Shown: positions 18,984 to 31,985, counted from the stretch's first letter. The stretch: 64,000 nucleotides of DNA from Nitrospirota bacterium (GCA_963749655.1 CAVVOB010000014.1:128001-192000); one strand, 5' to 3'. Notes: generated from the letters alone by a model not told the origin. Made by a program: numbers and translations.

Positions 18984-20252
18984 TTAAAAGTTTTTCCAGG
19001 CTTCATCAACTTTCTCAGCAACACCATTGAAAAGCGAGAGACGAAGATTAACATAGCGTTTAAACATCTTATTACAAAAGCGTACTAAACCTCTTTTATG
19101 ACCTACAGGTATAAAAATAACTTCACCGAATTTCTCATCCATGAGCTGATTCTTCAATGTTGATGGATTTGATATTTTAAGAGACCTTGTTAATTTATAA
19201 ATTTCTGAAAGCGGTATATTATCATCACCCCATTTAGCAAGTAATCGCAAGAATATTTCTCGCGGCTGAGAATCTCTTACAGCTTTAAAATATAAGTCGG
19301 AAAATTGATTTGCATAACGATTGTCGGCCAAACTAGACACAGACGCTTCAACATCTTTGTCCGTTATCTCTTTAACATTTTTATCAAAAGCATTTATTAA
19401 TGTATCCTGTCCGATAACATGTACAAACCATGGGAAGCCCCCTGCGAGAAGCGCAAGTTTTTTCTTTGCAGAATCAGCAAAAGAAATATCAATATTATTG
19501 TCACCTAAATAAGCTTCTACCTTCGAGGTAATCTCCATTAATTCATCTTTAATCATGCCCGGAACATTCACTGGAAATAATTGCCGTTCAAGGGAACTAT
19601 GGTCTGATAATAATTGCGAGATATTATCTGCTATTCCAACAAATATGAATTTAATTGATTCGGAGGAATTATTTTTTACGAAATTGGCAATGCCGGTAGA
19701 TGATTCAACGCGATCAAATTCATCTAGAATAAAGAGAAACCGCGCGATGCCTTTTTGTTCTGCTTTTGTTATGGCTGAAAGAAAATCCTCCTCAACGTCT
19801 ATAGCACCTATCGGTTCATTCGGTGCTACTACTGTCGTCGTCTCCTCTTCAAAAACCTTAAAATTCAGCTTAATCTTAGTTGTAGTGGTGATCGAATTGG
19901 GATTTTCGATTAAGCGATAAATGTTGCGCACAATTTTTCGTACAATGTCGTTGCTATTCTTCATTTGCTCGTTGCACGGAATCCAAAATGGTTGAAACAT
20001 AGCTCTTTCTGATAAGGCATGTGATTCTAGGCCCAGAATATTCAGAAGTTCAACATCTCCGGTACCAATTCGCATCGCCTGGACCGCCAAACTGGATTTC
20101 CCAACCCCACGTTCACCGAATATAATGGGGCAAGAGCCATCAATTTGCAGGGAATCCGCTAAAGATTTAACTAAATTCCGGCGTCCTGCAAAAAGACCAG
20201 GCTCTGAAATAACGTTACTTGGAGTAAATGCATTTAAAACTGTTTTTCTCAT
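18984..20252 (-). CDS. Stand-alone AAA+ ATPase (Cdc6/STAND-like) with probable C-terminal winged helix; AT-rich
   Basis: FTPS...LFAGR, Walker A GERGVGKS, Walker B FILDEFD, GFPWFVH motif. Confidence 0.85.
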   Translation of the reverse strand: MRKTVLNAFTPSNVISEPGLFAGRRNLVKSLADSLQIDGSCPIIFGERGVGKSSLAVQAMRIGTGDVELLNILGLESHALSERAMFQPFWIPCNEQMKNSNDIVRKIVRNIYRLIENPNSITTTTKIKLNFKVFEEETTTVVAPNEPIGAIDVEEDFLSAITKAEQKGIARFLFILDEFDRVESSTGIANFVKNNSSESIKFIFVGIADNISQLLSDHSSLERQLFPVNVPGMIKDELMEITSKVEAYLGDNNIDISFADSAKKKLALLAGGFPWFVHVIGQDTLINAFDKNVKEITDKDVEASVSSLADNRYANQFSDLYFKAVRDSQPREIFLRLLAKWGDDNIPLSEIYKLTRSLKISNPSTLKNQLMDEKFGEVIFIPVGHKRGLVRFCNKMFKRYVNLRLSLFNGVAEKVDEAWKNF

Positions 20253-20870
20253 ATTCCCTCCAAAAGCCGAGCTTGATAATAAATAGTACGGGATGCCAGA
20301 AATTGTCCAGCCCCGGCTAAGTCGTAAAAAACGGATTTCCGTTCTTTACCAGCCTAGCAAGACTGATGCCCTAGCAAGGTGTTGAGCCGTTAGGCTCTTG
20401 CACTCTAATACCATTTGCTTTTCGCATGTCCGTCAGCTCCGGCGTTGTCTTCAGCCCAAAACAAGAATTTAAATTGCCTGTGAGAAAGCTTTTTTGACGA
20501 ATAATTAATCAGGTCAAGCGGTCATGCAAGGGAGGAGTTGAGAAAATCGTCTAACCGCGCGTGGAAGGGCCTCCCAGGGGGAAGACATTACTATACTTCG
20601 GCGAATTAGGCAAGGGCTTCGATGGGGTATTTTTGGGGGAGGGGTTACAACAGTTACAAGTTTCGAGTTTTTAGTTTTGAGTTAAAAGTCCTGTGAAGAA
20701 TTGCGGCATCATAGAACATGATTCAGAATGCGGATCGTCCAGTAACCCATTTAAATCAAATTCAGCGATCGACATCGACAAACCTCATCGCACTTCCTGC
20801 GGTACTTCTCCTCCAGGATGCTTTGGAAGTAGCGTCCCGGTGTCTTTCAATCACATCCGCCACATCGATC

Positions 20871-21206
20871 TTATATGCAGCCCGTCGATTTGGGAAGGCC
20901 GGCGATCTTGCACGCCTGTTTGGCCGGACCGCAGGGATAGAGCTGGTAGAGATATTTGCTGTTGCCCTTTTCGGAGCCGAGCTTATGTCCGATTTCCTTG
21001 GCCAGGATCTTGACCTGCGGAGCGACGCTATACTGCCTGTAATAGTCGCGAAGGAAATTCACGACCTCCCAGTGATGTTCGGTCATCTGGATTCCCTCGA
21101 TCGCTGCTATATAGTTGGCCACATCAATGTTCCATTCGGCGGGATTTGACAGGTAACCGTTCCCATCCAATTCCAGTGTCTTTCCTTTTATTGTAATGAC
21201 TTCCAT
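20871..21206 (-). CDS. DsrC/TusE family sulfur-relay protein with both C-terminal cysteines
   Basis: LDG.GYL...W, HWEVV.FLR.YY, LY.LYP.GPAKQAC-KIAGLPKSTG-CI (C-x10-C). Confidence 0.9.
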   Translation of the reverse strand: MEVITIKGKTLELDGNGYLSNPAEWNIDVANYIAAIEGIQMTEHHWEVVNFLRDYYRQYSVAPQVKILAKEIGHKLGSEKGNSKYLYQLYPCGPAKQACKIAGLPKSTGCI

Positions 21207-21442
21207 CGTTGCTTACTCCTCTCGCAAAAACTGAATTTGACTGATTTTACGAAGCTTACGAGATGGAACTATAAACAACTAGCGGGTAGAAGTGAATACC
21301 CCTGGCAGGGTATTTTTGGGGTATGCCAAAAAAAATAGTATAGGGTTGAGGATTAAGTGTTGGCCTTTATCATCCTGGAAAATCAAACACTTGGATTCAG
21401 CGGTTGCGCCGGTTTTATCTGGTGCCCCGGCTGACGCAGCCT

Positions 21443-23635
<2,193 letters not shown>

Positions 23636-23639
<4 letters not shown>

Positions 23640-24187
23640 GAATCCAGCGGGAGGGACAGTTTCTCAGGCTTTGAATCTTTTTCCTCGGTCTTTTGCTTCG
23701 TTTTTTCAGCAGTGCCCTTCAGGGCTTTCAGTTCCTTGCTGCTCAGGATGTCCTTCAGCTCGTTCATGAACTCGTTGATGTCCTTGAAGGAGCGGTAGAC
23801 CGACGCGAACCGGACGTAGGCGACCTCGTCGAGCTTGTGCAGGCGGTCCATCACTTCTTCGCCCACGACCGTGCTCGGGATCTCCTTGAGCCCCTTTTCC
23901 TGGAGCGACTTCTCGATCTCGTCCACGGACCGTTCGAGCATCTCCATGCTGATGGGGCGCTTTTCGCAGGCCTTCTTCAGGCCCGAGAGGATCTTCAGGC
24001 GGTCGAAGGGCTCGCGCCTGCCGTCCTTCTTGATGACCAGCGGGAGGACCTCTTCGACGCGTTCGTAGGTGGTGAAGCGGCCCTCGCACTTGAGGCACTC
24101 GCGCCTCCGGCGTATGGACTCCCCTTCCTTCCCCATCCGGGAGTCGACGACTTTGTTGTCGAGGCTGGTGCAGTAGGGACAGCGCAT
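23636..24187 (-). CDS. nrdR: Transcriptional repressor NrdR
   Basis: MRCPYC...[18 protein letters not shown]-cone, [10 protein letters not shown]. Confidence 0.97.
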
Positions 24188-24380
24188 AGGTTAGCTCAGA
24201 AAACCAGGGTTCAGGGGCCAGGGTTCAGGGTCCGGTCGTCCGGCAAAGCCGGTTTCCACAGTTTTAGAAAAGCAGCAGTGCAGGTGCGTTTGCTGTTCAT
24301 TTACACGCTTGTTGTTTTCTCTGCGATCTCTGCGTTCTCTGCGGCGAAAACTCTCTTGGCCTTTTGCTCCGTCAGGGCCG

Positions 24381-24830
24381 CTACGGCTTCTTGTACTGGG
24401 TGACCTTGATGCCCGATTCCTTCAGCATCTCGGCGGCCAGCTGGTCGGGATAGCCGTCCTGGAAGATGATGTGCTTCACGCCCGCGTTGATGATCATCTT
24501 GGCGCAGATGCCGCAGGGCTGGTTCGTGCAGTACAGCGTGGCGCCCTCGATGTTCGTCCCGTGTTTGGCCGCCTGGATGATGGCGTTCTGCTCGGCATGG
24601 AGGCCCCGGCAGATCTCGTGGCGCTCGCCCGAGGGGATGCCCATCTGCTCGCGCAGGCACCCGCGTTCGAGGCAATGCTGGATGCCCGACGGCGTTCCGT
24701 TGTAGCCCGTGGCAAGGATGTTCTTGTCCTTGACGAGCACGGCGCCGACCTGGCGCCTGAGGCAGGTGGCGCGCTTCTTGACCAGGTGCGCGATCTCCAT
24801 GAAATATTCGTCCCAGGCAGGTCTTGTCAT
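24381..24830 (-). CDS. dCMP deaminase (ComEB-like)
   Basis: RP.WDEYF, TC.RR.VGA, HAEQNA, PC..C zinc motifs. Confidence 0.93.
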   Translation of the reverse strand: MTRPAWDEYFMEIAHLVKKRATCLRRQVGAVLVKDKNILATGYNGTPSGIQHCLERGCLREQMGIPSGERHEICRGLHAEQNAIIQAAKHGTNIEGATLYCTNQPCGICAKMIINAGVKHIIFQDGYPDQLAAEMLKESGIKVTQYKKP

Positions 24831-24843
24831 AGTTCTATATCTT

Positions 24844-24967
24844 GCCACGAATTGAACAACGGGAGCTTGTCCATCTATAAAATCAGGAATTAACACGAAT
24901 TTTCACGAATTTTAAAGCCAACTCTGGGTTCCTGCGTGTATTCGTGCAGATTCGTGAAATTCGTGTT
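24844..24967. repeat. 9-nt periodic palindromic repeat (CACGAATT / ATTCGTG)
   Basis: Tandem CACGAATT units followed by inverted ATTCGTG units. Confidence 0.75.
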
Positions 24968-24985
24968 CAAATCCGATTGGTTTTG

Positions 24986-26239
24986 TTAGACGGTCGCTTT
25001 TTCCATCGCGAACATCGGGAACTTGCTGCAGAACGCCTTTGTCCGCTCCTTGATCGCGGAGAGCTTTTCCGGGGCGTGGCCGTTTGCCAGCGTCTCGCAG
25101 ATCAGATCGCCGATGACCTTCATCTCGGGCTCGCGCATGCCGCGCGTGGTTACGATGGGCGTGCCGAGGCGGATGCCGCTCGTCGTGACCGGCGGCTTCT
25201 GGTCGAAGGGGATGCTGTTCTTGTTGCACGTGATGCCCGCGGCATCGAGCCACGTTTCCGCGTCCTTGCCGGTGATGTTCTTGGGCGTGAGGTCCACGAG
25301 CATGAGATGGTTTTCCGTGGTGCCCGAAACGATGCGGAAGCCGTCCTCGGTCAGGCGCTTGGCGAGGGCCTGGGCGTTCTTCTTCACCTGCTGCTGATAC
25401 TCCTTGAACCCGGGAGCGAGGGCTTCCTTGAACGCCACCGCCTTGGCGGCGACCACATGCACCAGCGGACCGCCCTGGATGCCCGGGAAGATGACCTTGT
25501 CGACTGCCTTGCCGAATTTTTCGCGGCACATGATCATGCCGCCGCGCGGCCCCCGGAGGGTCTTGTGCGTCGTGGTCGTGACGAAGTCGGCATGGGGCAC
25601 GGGGCTCGGGTGCTCGCCCGCCGCGACCAGGCCCGCGATATGGGCGATGTCGGCCATGAGATAGGCGCCGACCTTGTCCGCGATCTTCCGGAACCGGGCG
25701 AAATCGAGAATGCGCGAATAGGCGCTGTAGCCGCAGACGATCATCCTGGGCTTGTGCTCGACCGCGAGCCGCTCCACCTCGTCGTAGTCGAGGAGCTCGG
25801 TCTTTTTGTCCACGCCGTAGGAAAAGGACTTGTACAGCTGGCCCGAGAAGCTCACCGCCGCCCCGTGAGTCAGGTGACCGCCGTGGGGCAGGCCCATGCC
25901 CACGATCGTGTCACCGGGCTGAAGCACGCTGAAGTAGACCGCCATGTTGGCGGAGGACCCGGAATGGGGCTGCACATTCACGTGCTCTGCGCCGAAGAGC
26001 TGCTTGGCGCGCTCGATGGCCAGCGTTTCCACCTGGTCGGCGAATTGGCACCCGCCGTAATAGCGGCGGTTCGGGTAGCCCTCGGCGTACTTGTTCGTGA
26101 ACACCGAGCCCTGCGCTTCGAGCACGGCCTGGCTCACATAATTTTCCGAGGCAATGAGAACGATCTTGGAGAGCTCCCGCTCCTCCTCGCCCTTGATCGC
26201 GTTGTAGACATCAATGTCTGTTTCTTTGAGTTCCGACAT
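24986..26239 (-). CDS. glyA: Serine hydroxymethyltransferase
   Basis: [34 protein letters not shown]. Confidence 0.98.
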   Translation of the reverse strand: MSELKETDIDVYNAIKGEEERELSKIVLIASENYVSQAVLEAQGSVFTNKYAEGYPNRRYYGGCQFADQVETLAIERAKQLFGAEHVNVQPHSGSSANMAVYFSVLQPGDTIVGMGLPHGGHLTHGAAVSFSGQLYKSFSYGVDKKTELLDYDEVERLAVEHKPRMIVCGYSAYSRILDFARFRKIADKVGAYLMADIAHIAGLVAAGEHPSPVPHADFVTTTTHKTLRGPRGGMIMCREKFGKAVDKVIFPGIQGGPLVHVVAAKAVAFKEALAPGFKEYQQQVKKNAQALAKRLTEDGFRIVSGTTENHLMLVDLTPKNITGKDAETWLDAAGITCNKNSIPFDQKPPVTTSGIRLGTPIVTTRGMREPEMKVIGDLICETLANGHAPEKLSAIKERTKAFCSKFPMFAMEKATV

Positions 26240-26298
26240 TCCGTTTTCCTTTTTGGTAATATCTTTCTCCGCGGCCTCCGCGGTAAAAAATCTTTATA

Positions 26299-26754
26299 CT
26301 ATTTCCCGATCAGCGATTTCTCGATCGCCGTGATCTTGTCGAGTCGCTTCTGGTGCCGCCCGCCGGCGAACTCCGTGTCGAGCCAGGTCTTCACGATTTC
26401 CAGCGCAACGCCCTTGCCGATCACCCGCTCGCCCATGACCAGGACGTTCGCGTCATTGTGCTCCCGGCTCATCTGCGCCGTGAAATGATCGTGGCAGAGC
26501 GCCGCGCGCACGCCGGGATAGCGGTTCGCCACGATCGACATGCCGATGCCGGTGCCGCAGATCAGGATGCCGCGGTCCGCGGCGCCCGAGGAAACAGACT
26601 CCGAGATCCTGGCGCCGTAATCGGGATAATCAACGGAATCCCTGCCTGCGGGGCCGAGGTCCTGGACCTGCAGATTCGCAACTGTCTTTAGGAATTTGAG
26701 GATCTCTTCCTTGAGTTCAAAGCCGCCGTGGTCGCAGCCGATCGCCAGTTTCAT
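26299..26754 (-). CDS. rpiB: Ribose-5-phosphate isomerase B
   Basis: DHGG..LK, CGTGIG, HNDAN, GGRH..R. Confidence 0.96.
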   Translation of the reverse strand: MKLAIGCDHGGFELKEEILKFLKTVANLQVQDLGPAGRDSVDYPDYGARISESVSSGAADRGILICGTGIGMSIVANRYPGVRAALCHDHFTAQMSREHNDANVLVMGERVIGKGVALEIVKTWLDTEFAGGRHQKRLDKITAIEKSLIGK

Positions 26755-26783
26755 GCACAGCCCCGCCTTTCCAGGAGATGCTG

Positions 26784-26813
26784 ATATTAACATCTCCGTT
26801 GATTTAGTGTCAA
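26784..26813 (-). promoter_or_regulatory. Sigma-70 promoter for the rpiB-glyA operon
   Basis: TTGACA-N18-TAATAT on the minus strand, ~30 bp upstream of the rpiB start. Confidence 0.6.
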
Positions 26814-26957
26814 GAAAAATACCGGCGCAAGCGGGGTTTAGGCGATGAACTGGCGGAAATCAGGGGACCGGCCGGGGCAATCCGGAATCAGAAGCTTCGA
26901 CGGGATGACAGGATAAAATCGGATGAAGGCATTTTCACATCCTGAAAATCCTGTCAA

Positions 26958-27081
26958 AACAGACATTGAAAAATATGTTTACCGCAGAATACGCAGAGGG
27001 ACGCAGAAAGAAAACGAATTCTTTCCAGGCTGTTATCCCCTTCTGCATATTCTGCATCTTCTGCGGTTAGAGGGTTTAAAG
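26958..27081. repeat. Dispersed ~124-bp palindromic element, copy 1
   Basis: AACAGACATTGAA..ACCGCAGAAT.CGCAGA...TTCTGCATATTCTGCATCTTCTGCGGT..AAAG; similar copy at 45177-45300. Confidence 0.8.
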
Positions 27082-27192
27082 TATTCTCAAGAGGGGAAAG
27101 GGACGTTCTGCTTGTGTTGAAACGTGAAGTTTCTGCTGATCATTCCGACTACATCGTATCGAGTCGCTTCTGCGCTACTTTGCCGCTCCCGG

Positions 27193-28110
27193 TCAGGCCT
27201 GCGAAGGCTTGTCGCATTCCTTCTCCCATGAGGCCGGGTCCTCGATAGACTCCAGGTGGGTGATCACTTCTACGTTGGACAGCGCACAGCGGATGTCGTA
27301 TTCGATGCGCTCCACGAGATCGTGTCCCTGCTGGACCGTCCATCTGCCGGGGACGAGAACATGAAGGGAGACGAACCGGCTGGACCCCGCCTGGCGCGTG
27401 CGCAGATCGTGGTACTCGATGCCGTCCTGCCGGAGCTTGTCCAGAATATCGCAGACGACCTTCAACTCTTCTGCGGGAAGCGCCGTATCCATGAGCCCCG
27501 CCACGGAATCCTTGACAATGCGGACGCCGGTCCAGACGATGTTGACCGCTACCGCAATGGCCACCAGCGGGTCCAGGCGCTGCCAGCCCGTCACGGCCAC
27601 GGCTCCGACGCCGACCACAACGCCGGCCGAAGTCCAGACGTCGGTCATGAGATGGTGGGCGTTTGCCCTGAGCGTGATGGACTCGTGCTTCCGGCTTGCG
27701 CGCAGCAGTACGAGCGCCACGCCGAGGTTTACGAGGGACGCAGCCACGGACACGGCCAGCCCCAGGCCGATCTGCTCCAGCGGTTTGGGCGTTATAAGCC
27801 GCTCGATTGCCGCCGCGGCAATGCTGATTGCGGCGATCAGGATCAGCGTCCCCTCGACGCCGCTCGAGAAGTATTCGGCCTTGCCGTGGCCGTAGGCGTG
27901 GTCCTCGTCGGCCGGGCGTGCGGCGATCGTGAGCATGGCAAGCGCCATGATTGCGCCGACAAGGTTGACCAGCGACTCTATGGCGTCCGACAGCAGCCCT
28001 ACCGACCCCGTCAGAAGGTAGGCAACAGTCTTGAGCCCGATGGTAGCGATTGCGGCGGCGATGGACAGCCAGGCGAATTTCGTGAGAAAGGAACGGTTTT
28101 CTGTTGTCAT
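27193..28110 (-). CDS. Cation diffusion facilitator (FieF-like)
   Basis: [22 protein letters not shown]...DV..S, HDLRTR..G, THLE. Confidence 0.93.
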   Translation of the reverse strand: MTTENRSFLTKFAWLSIAAAIATIGLKTVAYLLTGSVGLLSDAIESLVNLVGAIMALAMLTIAARPADEDHAYGHGKAEYFSSGVEGTLILIAAISIAAAAIERLITPKPLEQIGLGLAVSVAASLVNLGVALVLLRASRKHESITLRANAHHLMTDVWTSAGVVVGVGAVAVTGWQRLDPLVAIAVAVNIVWTGVRIVKDSVAGLMDTALPAEELKVVCDILDKLRQDGIEYHDLRTRQAGSSRFVSLHVLVPGRWTVQQGHDLVERIEYDIRCALSNVEVITHLESIEDPASWEKECDKPSQA

Positions 28111-28497
28111 GGCAGGGGCAGTGTAGCATAAACAGCTGCTTTTTGAAACGGGGAAAATGGCGTCCCGGAAAGAACCTGCAGGGGAAATTCCTGCGCTCTC
28201 CGACTGGTGACCCGCATGGCCGTTCAGCAGCGACTGATCATCTTCCCTCGTGATCAAAAGTGAATAGAGTGGTAATTTTGCTGTCGAGGACCCGGATGCA
28301 TGCTGCCCGGCATCCGGACCTCGACAGCGGGGAGGACTCATTTCTACTGTTGCTTGATCGCCGCAGCCTTGACAATGCGGGCAGCCGATTCCATCTCTCC
28401 TTGAACAATCCCCTCGAAGCCAGAGTGCAGATTACTGGGCGGCGCCTCATACAGAAGAGAGACGCCGCCCATCTTTGCCCTTTCTTCTTCGCGCCGT

Positions 28498-29028
28498 CTA
28501 CTTGGCCCGTTTCCAGACCTGGATGTTCCTTCCGCCGCCGCCGATGGAAGGGGCGTTGTTTATGACCTTCAACTCGTCTCCGTTGACGGTTATGGGCCGC
28601 TTCTGATCCTGGCCGTCCCAGTTGGGGAACGTGCTCCCCTCCATGTGCAGATTCAGCACCTGCTCCTTGTCGCCCGTCACGGTGTACGTGCCGATAGCGG
28701 CGACCGACCCCTCGACAACCGCTTTGTACTCCTCAGCGGTTCCTTTTGTGCGGACATTGGAAGCGAATTTCGGAAGGCTTGACCGCATCATGGTCATCGA
28801 AAAGCGTCCATCGGGGGTCAAAAGCATGGAGCCTCTCGGATTGGGACCGAACGGTTCCGACTTCTTGCCGTCCGTCTCGTTATAGAGCTCGACGAGAATC
28901 CAGCTTCCCTGTGCCGGACCGGCGCCCTTCTCCCCGGCATAGATCTTCGATGCGCCGGACAACGTCCCGGCAACGAGTAGAGCGACGGAACACAGGACGA
29001 TTGCTGCTTCCTTTATTGACCATTTCAT
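28498..29028 (-). CDS. Lipocalin-like domain protein (Lipocalin_5 type), secreted
   Basis: Signal peptide; GSW.LV, FGPNPRG...TPDGRFS, GS.A..GTY, GSTFPNWDG.DQKR, WKRA. Confidence 0.85.
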   Translation of the reverse strand: MKWSIKEAAIVLCSVALLVAGTLSGASKIYAGEKGAGPAQGSWILVELYNETDGKKSEPFGPNPRGSMLLTPDGRFSMTMMRSSLPKFASNVRTKGTAEEYKAVVEGSVAAIGTYTVTGDKEQVLNLHMEGSTFPNWDGQDQKRPITVNGDELKVINNAPSIGGGGRNIQVWKRAK

Positions 29029-29151
29029 GGTGTTTCTCCCTTGAATGAGTTGCCTGGTTAATGCATTACTGCCCCGCATATGCGGAAATCACGGAAAAAC
29101 TGTTCTCGAATTTCAGTCGTCGTAAACCTCCCTTCCTGATGAATGATATCT

Positions 29152-30195
29152 CTATGCGCCGAAGGTGTATTTCGTTCCGGCTGTATTGAGGGTGAACGCT
29201 TCGGGCATTTCCTTGCTGAATGCCACGAGCGATTCGAACCCGGTGCAGTGCGCCGGCATAAGGTGCTCCGGCTTCATTGCCTTGATGTCGGCTACCGTGC
29301 TCTGGATTCGTTCGGGCTTCGAGTTGATCATATGAAATCCTCCCATGATCGCATGCACCTTTTCCGTTCCGGAAGCCTTCTGTGCCTGCCTGACCGTATT
29401 CACGATGCCGGAATGGGCGCATCCGGATACGACCACCAGTCCTTTTCCTTTCACGTTGAAGAAAAGGGCCTGTTCACCGCGGAAATCGTCCTGTTCGGGT
29501 TTATCGCCGCGCTTTACCTGATTGGATGGCGGGATCTTTTCGTAGGACGTGTGGCGTTCGATGTTCCCGGTAAAGAACGCGCCCGGAATGATCTGAGTGG
29601 GATTCTTCACTTCAATCACTTTGAGACCGAGGGACTCGATGTCGGACCTCTGGAGTTGTCCCAAGTCGGCCGCTTCGGTTGTCCCGGGGCGGAGCGAATA
29701 TCTGCGAAGAAACGCCTCTTCTCCCACGTAGAACGGGGTCCCCGCCGGGATCCGGGACTGGTTCTGCTTCAGGATATTGACCATGCCCATAAAATGATCA
29801 TAATGTCCATGACTCAAGCTGAACGCAGCCGCCTTGCCGATGTCGATCCCCAAAAGGGCCATGTTATTCAAGACGCCGGCGGCATCGAGCCCGTAGTCGA
29901 ACATACAGGCGCTTGTCTTGCCGTCCACCACAGTCTCGACATAATAGGACAGGCCATGCTCGGCATGGATCGACTTTCCGGGGACGACGCGGTAACGCTT
30001 CCCGTTCTTCCCGTCGACGATGTTGGTATCATAATAATTGTCCGTCAGCACCCAGATCGTCAGCTTGTCCACCTCGGCTGCCTTCATGGATTCATTCGCC
30101 ATCACGCTTTTTATCATGCTCTCTCCCGCAGCCAACAAAACCCCTGTCGCCATGGAATACTTCAGAAAATCCCTTCTGTTCATACGCTCTTTCAT
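29152..30195 (-). CDS. Tat-exported MBL-fold metallo-hydrolase (MJ0448-like subfamily)
   Basis: NRRDFLK Tat motif; AEHGLS, SHGHYDH, SGCAHSG, GGFH, HCTG. Confidence 0.9.
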   Translation of the reverse strand: MKERMNRRDFLKYSMATGVLLAAGESMIKSVMANESMKAAEVDKLTIWVLTDNYYDTNIVDGKNGKRYRVVPGKSIHAEHGLSYYVETVVDGKTSACMFDYGLDAAGVLNNMALLGIDIGKAAAFSLSHGHYDHFMGMVNILKQNQSRIPAGTPFYVGEEAFLRRYSLRPGTTEAADLGQLQRSDIESLGLKVIEVKNPTQIIPGAFFTGNIERHTSYEKIPPSNQVKRGDKPEQDDFRGEQALFFNVKGKGLVVVSGCAHSGIVNTVRQAQKASGTEKVHAIMGGFHMINSKPERIQSTVADIKAMKPEHLMPAHCTGFESLVAFSKEMPEAFTLNTAGTKYTFGA

Positions 30196-30483
30196 GGTCC
30201 GCCTCCCTCTTTCATGAGCATGAAGCTCCCTTCCGACCTATTCCTGCGCGGCTAATTCCGCAGCAGGTTGAATATCAGGATGCACAGCCCGCCGATCGTC
30301 AGTATCATGCCGGTCCAGAACACGACGTACACGAAAACGTTATGAAGCCTGCTGTTAATGGGGCACCTCGGTAAGCCGTCCGGCAGGAGCCGGTGGCTCC
30401 TCGACAATAACAACGCGACTTCTCGCGAATTAAGACGCATTCCGCACCCGGCACGAGCCGGGGCATGCCGGGTCGCGGGACAG

Positions 30484-30892
30484 CTATTCGTTCTGCTTCC
30501 CGGTAGATGTTGTTTGTCTCTTCTGCGGAGTCAGCCACGCGAAAACAGCGGCGGCAATGAGCAATACCGGCACATCGCCGAACAGATGCCCGCGGTGCTC
30601 CGGGTATACGAACGCCTGGATTGCCATGATCCCTCCATGCACGATGCTTGACCAGACCGTGAACCAGATCAGGCTGAGGTGTTCGACGGGATGCTTGGCC
30701 GCAATGATCAGGAACACGCCGAGCGTCGCGTAGATCCCGGATTATCATCTGCAGATAGAGCGAATGGCCCTGCGCATGCCACGCCCATCCCGAAGGCCAC
30801 AGGATCGTAAGGGGATAAACGCCGACGACGCAAAATGCTCCGACCGATACCAATGCAATTTTCAAGTACCTGAGTTGTGCTGACGTTTCCAT
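30484..30892 (-). CDS. DUF6632-like membrane protein (frameshift ~30740)
   Basis: YPL...WPSGW.WH...Y..MI.GIYATLGVFL..A...P..HLSLIWFTVWSS.VH..IMA.QA...H.GHL.GDV across two frames. Confidence 0.75.
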
Positions 30893-30908
30893 AATGCTGC
30901 CTCCTTTC

Positions 30909-31477
30909 TTAATGCGAGGTTTCGGGCATTGGACAATAGGCCCCCTCAGACAAACCCGCCGGACCGCAACGAAATGCCCGGTTGAACCTCCCGCGGAAAT
31001 TTGCCTGGGCTATCTCAGTGGTCAGCTCGACGAACTGTGCGTCCGTAAAATGCTTTCGCAGATCGGCGATCAATTCATCACTGACTTCCGGGGGAGTGCG
31101 TGTCATGGCAACGGCAAGATCGAGCACTACCTTTTCAACAGGACCGAATACGCTGCTTTCCCGATAGTTCGTGAGGTTCATCAGCTCCTCTTCCGCGACT
31201 CCGCTTGCCCTGCCCTCGGCAGAGCCTGAATCGATTCAGGCGCGGCAGCGATCAGCATCGCGGTCTTGATGTCGGCCAGCCTTCTGAAGCGGAGAGGGAC
31301 AAGATGCGATCGATCGAGCAGCAGTTCGAAAATGCCCCGTCCCAGGTGGAGCCGGGGAACATGCGCCAGGATCCGCCAGGACTCGGGAACACGCCCCAAC
31401 CTCCGCCGCACGGCAGCGAAAAGCACCCTGCTGACGAGTGAAGCATTTTCTTTCGCGACTCCCTTAATGTATGACAT
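30909..31477 (-). CDS. AhpD/carboxymuconolactone decarboxylase-like protein with predicted selenocysteine (CxxU); one-base deletion ~31249
   Basis: Restoring one G gives KTAMLIG-C-R-A-TGA-IDSGSAEGRASGVAEEELMNLTNYRES, joining ORFs 31181-31621 and 30909-31181 into one CMD-like protein. Confidence 0.75.
31207..31225 (-). promoter_or_regulatory. Candidate bacterial SECIS hairpin
   Basis: GCTCTGCC-GAG-GGCAGGGC stem-loop starting 11 nt after the in-frame TGA (31238-31236); G-initiated apical loop. Confidence 0.6.
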
Positions 31478-31645
31478 CGGATCGTCTCCCTGCAGGACTA
31501 CACGTCCGCCGTAAGTCAGGATCACGCCGATCCGGAGCCGGATGAAACCAGTTGCGCTGAGGGTCCTGTTATGAATTGGGCACCTCCGCCGTTTTTTCAC
31601 CGCGCACAGAGCAGCGGCCATTTCCCTTCACCCTGCGCGCATTGC

Positions 31646-31831
31646 CTATTTCTGCCTTGCCGATGACTCTGCAAACCGGTCCATGCCGTGCGGGGCCATG
31701 AGGTTTTCGGTCTGCCAGGCTTTCAGCCTCACGAGGCATTCCCTCATCTCACGCTCCTCATTTTCATCATCTCTGGCGCTTTTTTGGTGAACCTTCCGGT
31801 GGAGTCTCTCTGGAATCATTATTTTCATCAT
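31646..31831 (-). CDS. Small hypothetical protein (60 aa), first gene after a putative sigma-54 promoter
   Basis: Strong GGAGGA RBS immediately upstream of the ATG. Confidence 0.5.
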   Translation of the reverse strand: MMKIMIPERLHRKVHQKSARDDENEEREMRECLVRLKAWQTENLMAPHGMDRFAESSARQK

Positions 31832-31883
31832 GCTATCCTCCCTTCTTTTGATGGATCATGCTACGTTCTCTGCTGCTTTCTAT

Positions 31884-31900
31884 TTCAAGTACGATGCCAG
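31884..31900 (-). promoter_or_regulatory. Putative sigma-54 promoter
   Basis: CTGGCATCGTACTTGAA: GG-N10-GA, a variant of the -24/-12 consensus. Confidence 0.55.
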
Positions 31901-31985
31901 TTCGCGGTTCGGGAGAAATGACGGGTATTTCAACAGAGTAGGGAATTATCGAAGCGGTAGTGCCTTTGGACCGTCTTTAAAAAGA

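Noticed and set aside
24944-26488. Long antisense ORFs (also 21843-23159, 46936-48345, 48406-49860, 59540-60913)
   Set aside because: GC-rich codon-bias shadows opposite well-identified genes.
30252-30440. Small ORF with a hydrophobic C-terminus inside the putative sigma-54 operon
   Set aside because: No RBS or family motif recognised; it may be a fragment, but support is insufficient.
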